DNA of 64,000 bases, from positions 248,001 through 312,000 of the forward strand of contig NW_026935164.1 in assembly GCF_032062105.1 (NCBI RefSeq). Reading direction: 5' to 3'. Position numbers and translations under genes: made by a program. Shown here in pieces: positions 62,401 to 64,000 of this stretch (position 1 is the first letter of the stretch; each line of letters begins with the position of its first letter). The notes under the pieces are model-generated. The model was not told the origin of the DNA and searched no databases. It was given only the letters and a program-made list of their open reading frames with translations. This stretch comes from Saccostrea cucullata. Taxonomy: Eukaryota.

Positions 62401-63381
62401 AAGGAAGAGGTTCTAAAAATTTAAACAATTCTCACATATATTAAAGTATGCAAACTAACCTTCTTAATATATAATTGTGCTTAATTCATCCCACCCCTTT
62501 CTTTTTTTTAAATTATAAAAAAAAGATTCAAATATCATTCATCCCCCCCCCTTTTTTTTTTTTATAAAAGCACAATGTACGTTATGCACTCTTTGTTTTC
62601 AGTACTATATAGTATTTGAGCTGACCTGTTAAAATTGGGTTCATTTCTCTTGATCTCCTCACTGGCAGCAAAAGCCTCATTTTGACATCTTCCACTGAAA
62701 AAAAAAACAGATGGAAAAAATCAGTTTCAATTTGTATCGACTGATTCAATATCGGTTCATACATGTTACTTTATGCCAAGTTTATCACTGATGTAGAGAT
62801 TATAGATACACTGATATGAACCTGAATCTAAACTTTGAGCCCCTGGAGAACAAACTGTGTCCTGATCGTAGCTTGGGTGGATGGGCTGAGTTCTGTAACC
62901 TGTAAGAATTGCCAATGGTTTTCTTTATATATAATCTAACTGTACAGTTTACAGATAAACAAAGTATCACCTTAACAATGTACTGTATTGTTTACTTTGT
63001 GCATTTAAAGCAATTTAGGGAGACTAACTTCCATATACCAAAACCAACCAGACTGATCATGTTCCAATATTGTAATTCATTAATTAATGACATATTAAAT
63101 AAAAGTACACAAAAATTACACAAATGAAAGCAGTCTGGGAAAAAAATTTGAAAAACCTTTATTTTGGTACCAAATAATTCATATTGTTATTTTATACAAA
63201 AGTACTGTACGCATAACCATAAAACATTTAGAGAAGTGTTTGTTTGATATGCAGAGTTATGACGACACATGACGTGAACATGACGTATACCAGTACTATT
63301 TAACTTACGTGAAGAACAACTGCTGCTCTACAGCACACTTCCAGAGATATTTGCAAGCAGCCAGGGTATCACATTTGTAAC
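59402..63381 (-). CDS. FERM-domain protein with FA region and C-terminal membrane anchor (FRMD3/FRMD5-like), 3' exons 63381-63309, 62899-62822, 62694-62626, 62412-62318, optional 61635-61597, 60129-59402
   Basis: Spliced translation GYKCDTLAACKYLWKCAVEQQLFFT (end of FERM-C)..SLFSRGSKFRFSGRCQNE..IKRNEPNFNR (FA); all GT-AG with matching phases; last exon acidic with TM helix MFLFTFFFVFLTLTVTAITLL; 5' exons lie beyond the window. Confidence 0.88.
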
Positions 63382-64000
63382 CTATTGGTTTCTGCTTCTA
63401 TTAAGTAAATAAAGACATACAAAAATAAACTACCAAAATGTCATCTTGAAATAGCTTATGATAATTTTATGTATGAAATTTATAACAAGGCTCTGATTTA
63501 CAATAGCAGTTGATGAATAACAGTAAAAAATGTTTCTTTTTTTTTTAAATATTAAACAAAAAATATTAACATCTGGAAGCACTAGTGTTTGAATTTTAAA
63601 TTTGTTAATTTGCATGTAAACTGCCAATGACAAACTTATTTCTATATACTGAACCCTAGTACATGTATATGTATACCATCTCTGACGTCTGTTTTACCCT
63701 TTTATCAGAGTGTGAATATTAACAGTCATTAAGACGTGTAAATTTTCTAGTGAGAGAGTGAAACAGATGCCTTACTGCAGCAATGTGTTAAAAAGATTAA
63801 TTATCGAAAGAAGAATCATGCTATAAATCACCATGTTTATATATATCTACATATAATGATATACACGTATTAGTCACCTTGTATAATTGTCCATACACTG
63901 TGAACAGAAATAATTAACTTGTGATATCCTGTGTTTTTTTTCTTACATTGGGTTCAGTGATTAAGGATCACTATATTTAGTACATAACCTACATTATGTA

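Overview
AT-rich, intron-containing animal DNA, probably from a bivalve such as an oyster (inferred from the repeat families). About 40 kb is transposable-element debris. The centrepiece is a nested insertion with readable boundaries. A short-LTR Gypsy element (8540-31572; GAGGT TSD, tRNA-Leu-type PBS, Steamer/Mag-like) contains a Tc1 element (10390-28299; 29-bp TIRs, TA TSD). The Tc1 contains (i) a second, minus-strand Gypsy with an extra, apparently spliced C2H2 zinc-finger/coiled-coil ORF in the env position, and (ii) a 10.3-kb Ginger1 DNA transposon (TGT..ACA, CCGG TSD). The Ginger encodes a Gypsy-like integrase with a spliced OTU domain, plus a possible oppositely oriented cargo gene. Other repeats: an L1/Tx1-like LINE, many tRNA-derived SINEs, Helentron-type (HINE) elements with internal satellites, TTAA-flanked Kolobok-like MITEs, foldback elements and a DIRS/Ngaro-like fragment. 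Host genes lie in the right third: two paralogous two-exon neuropeptide-type GPCRs with non-canonical activation motifs, a four-exon FABP between them, and the 3' part of a FERM-domain (FRMD3/5-like) gene with candidate alternative C-termini. All calls were made by eye; no searches were run.
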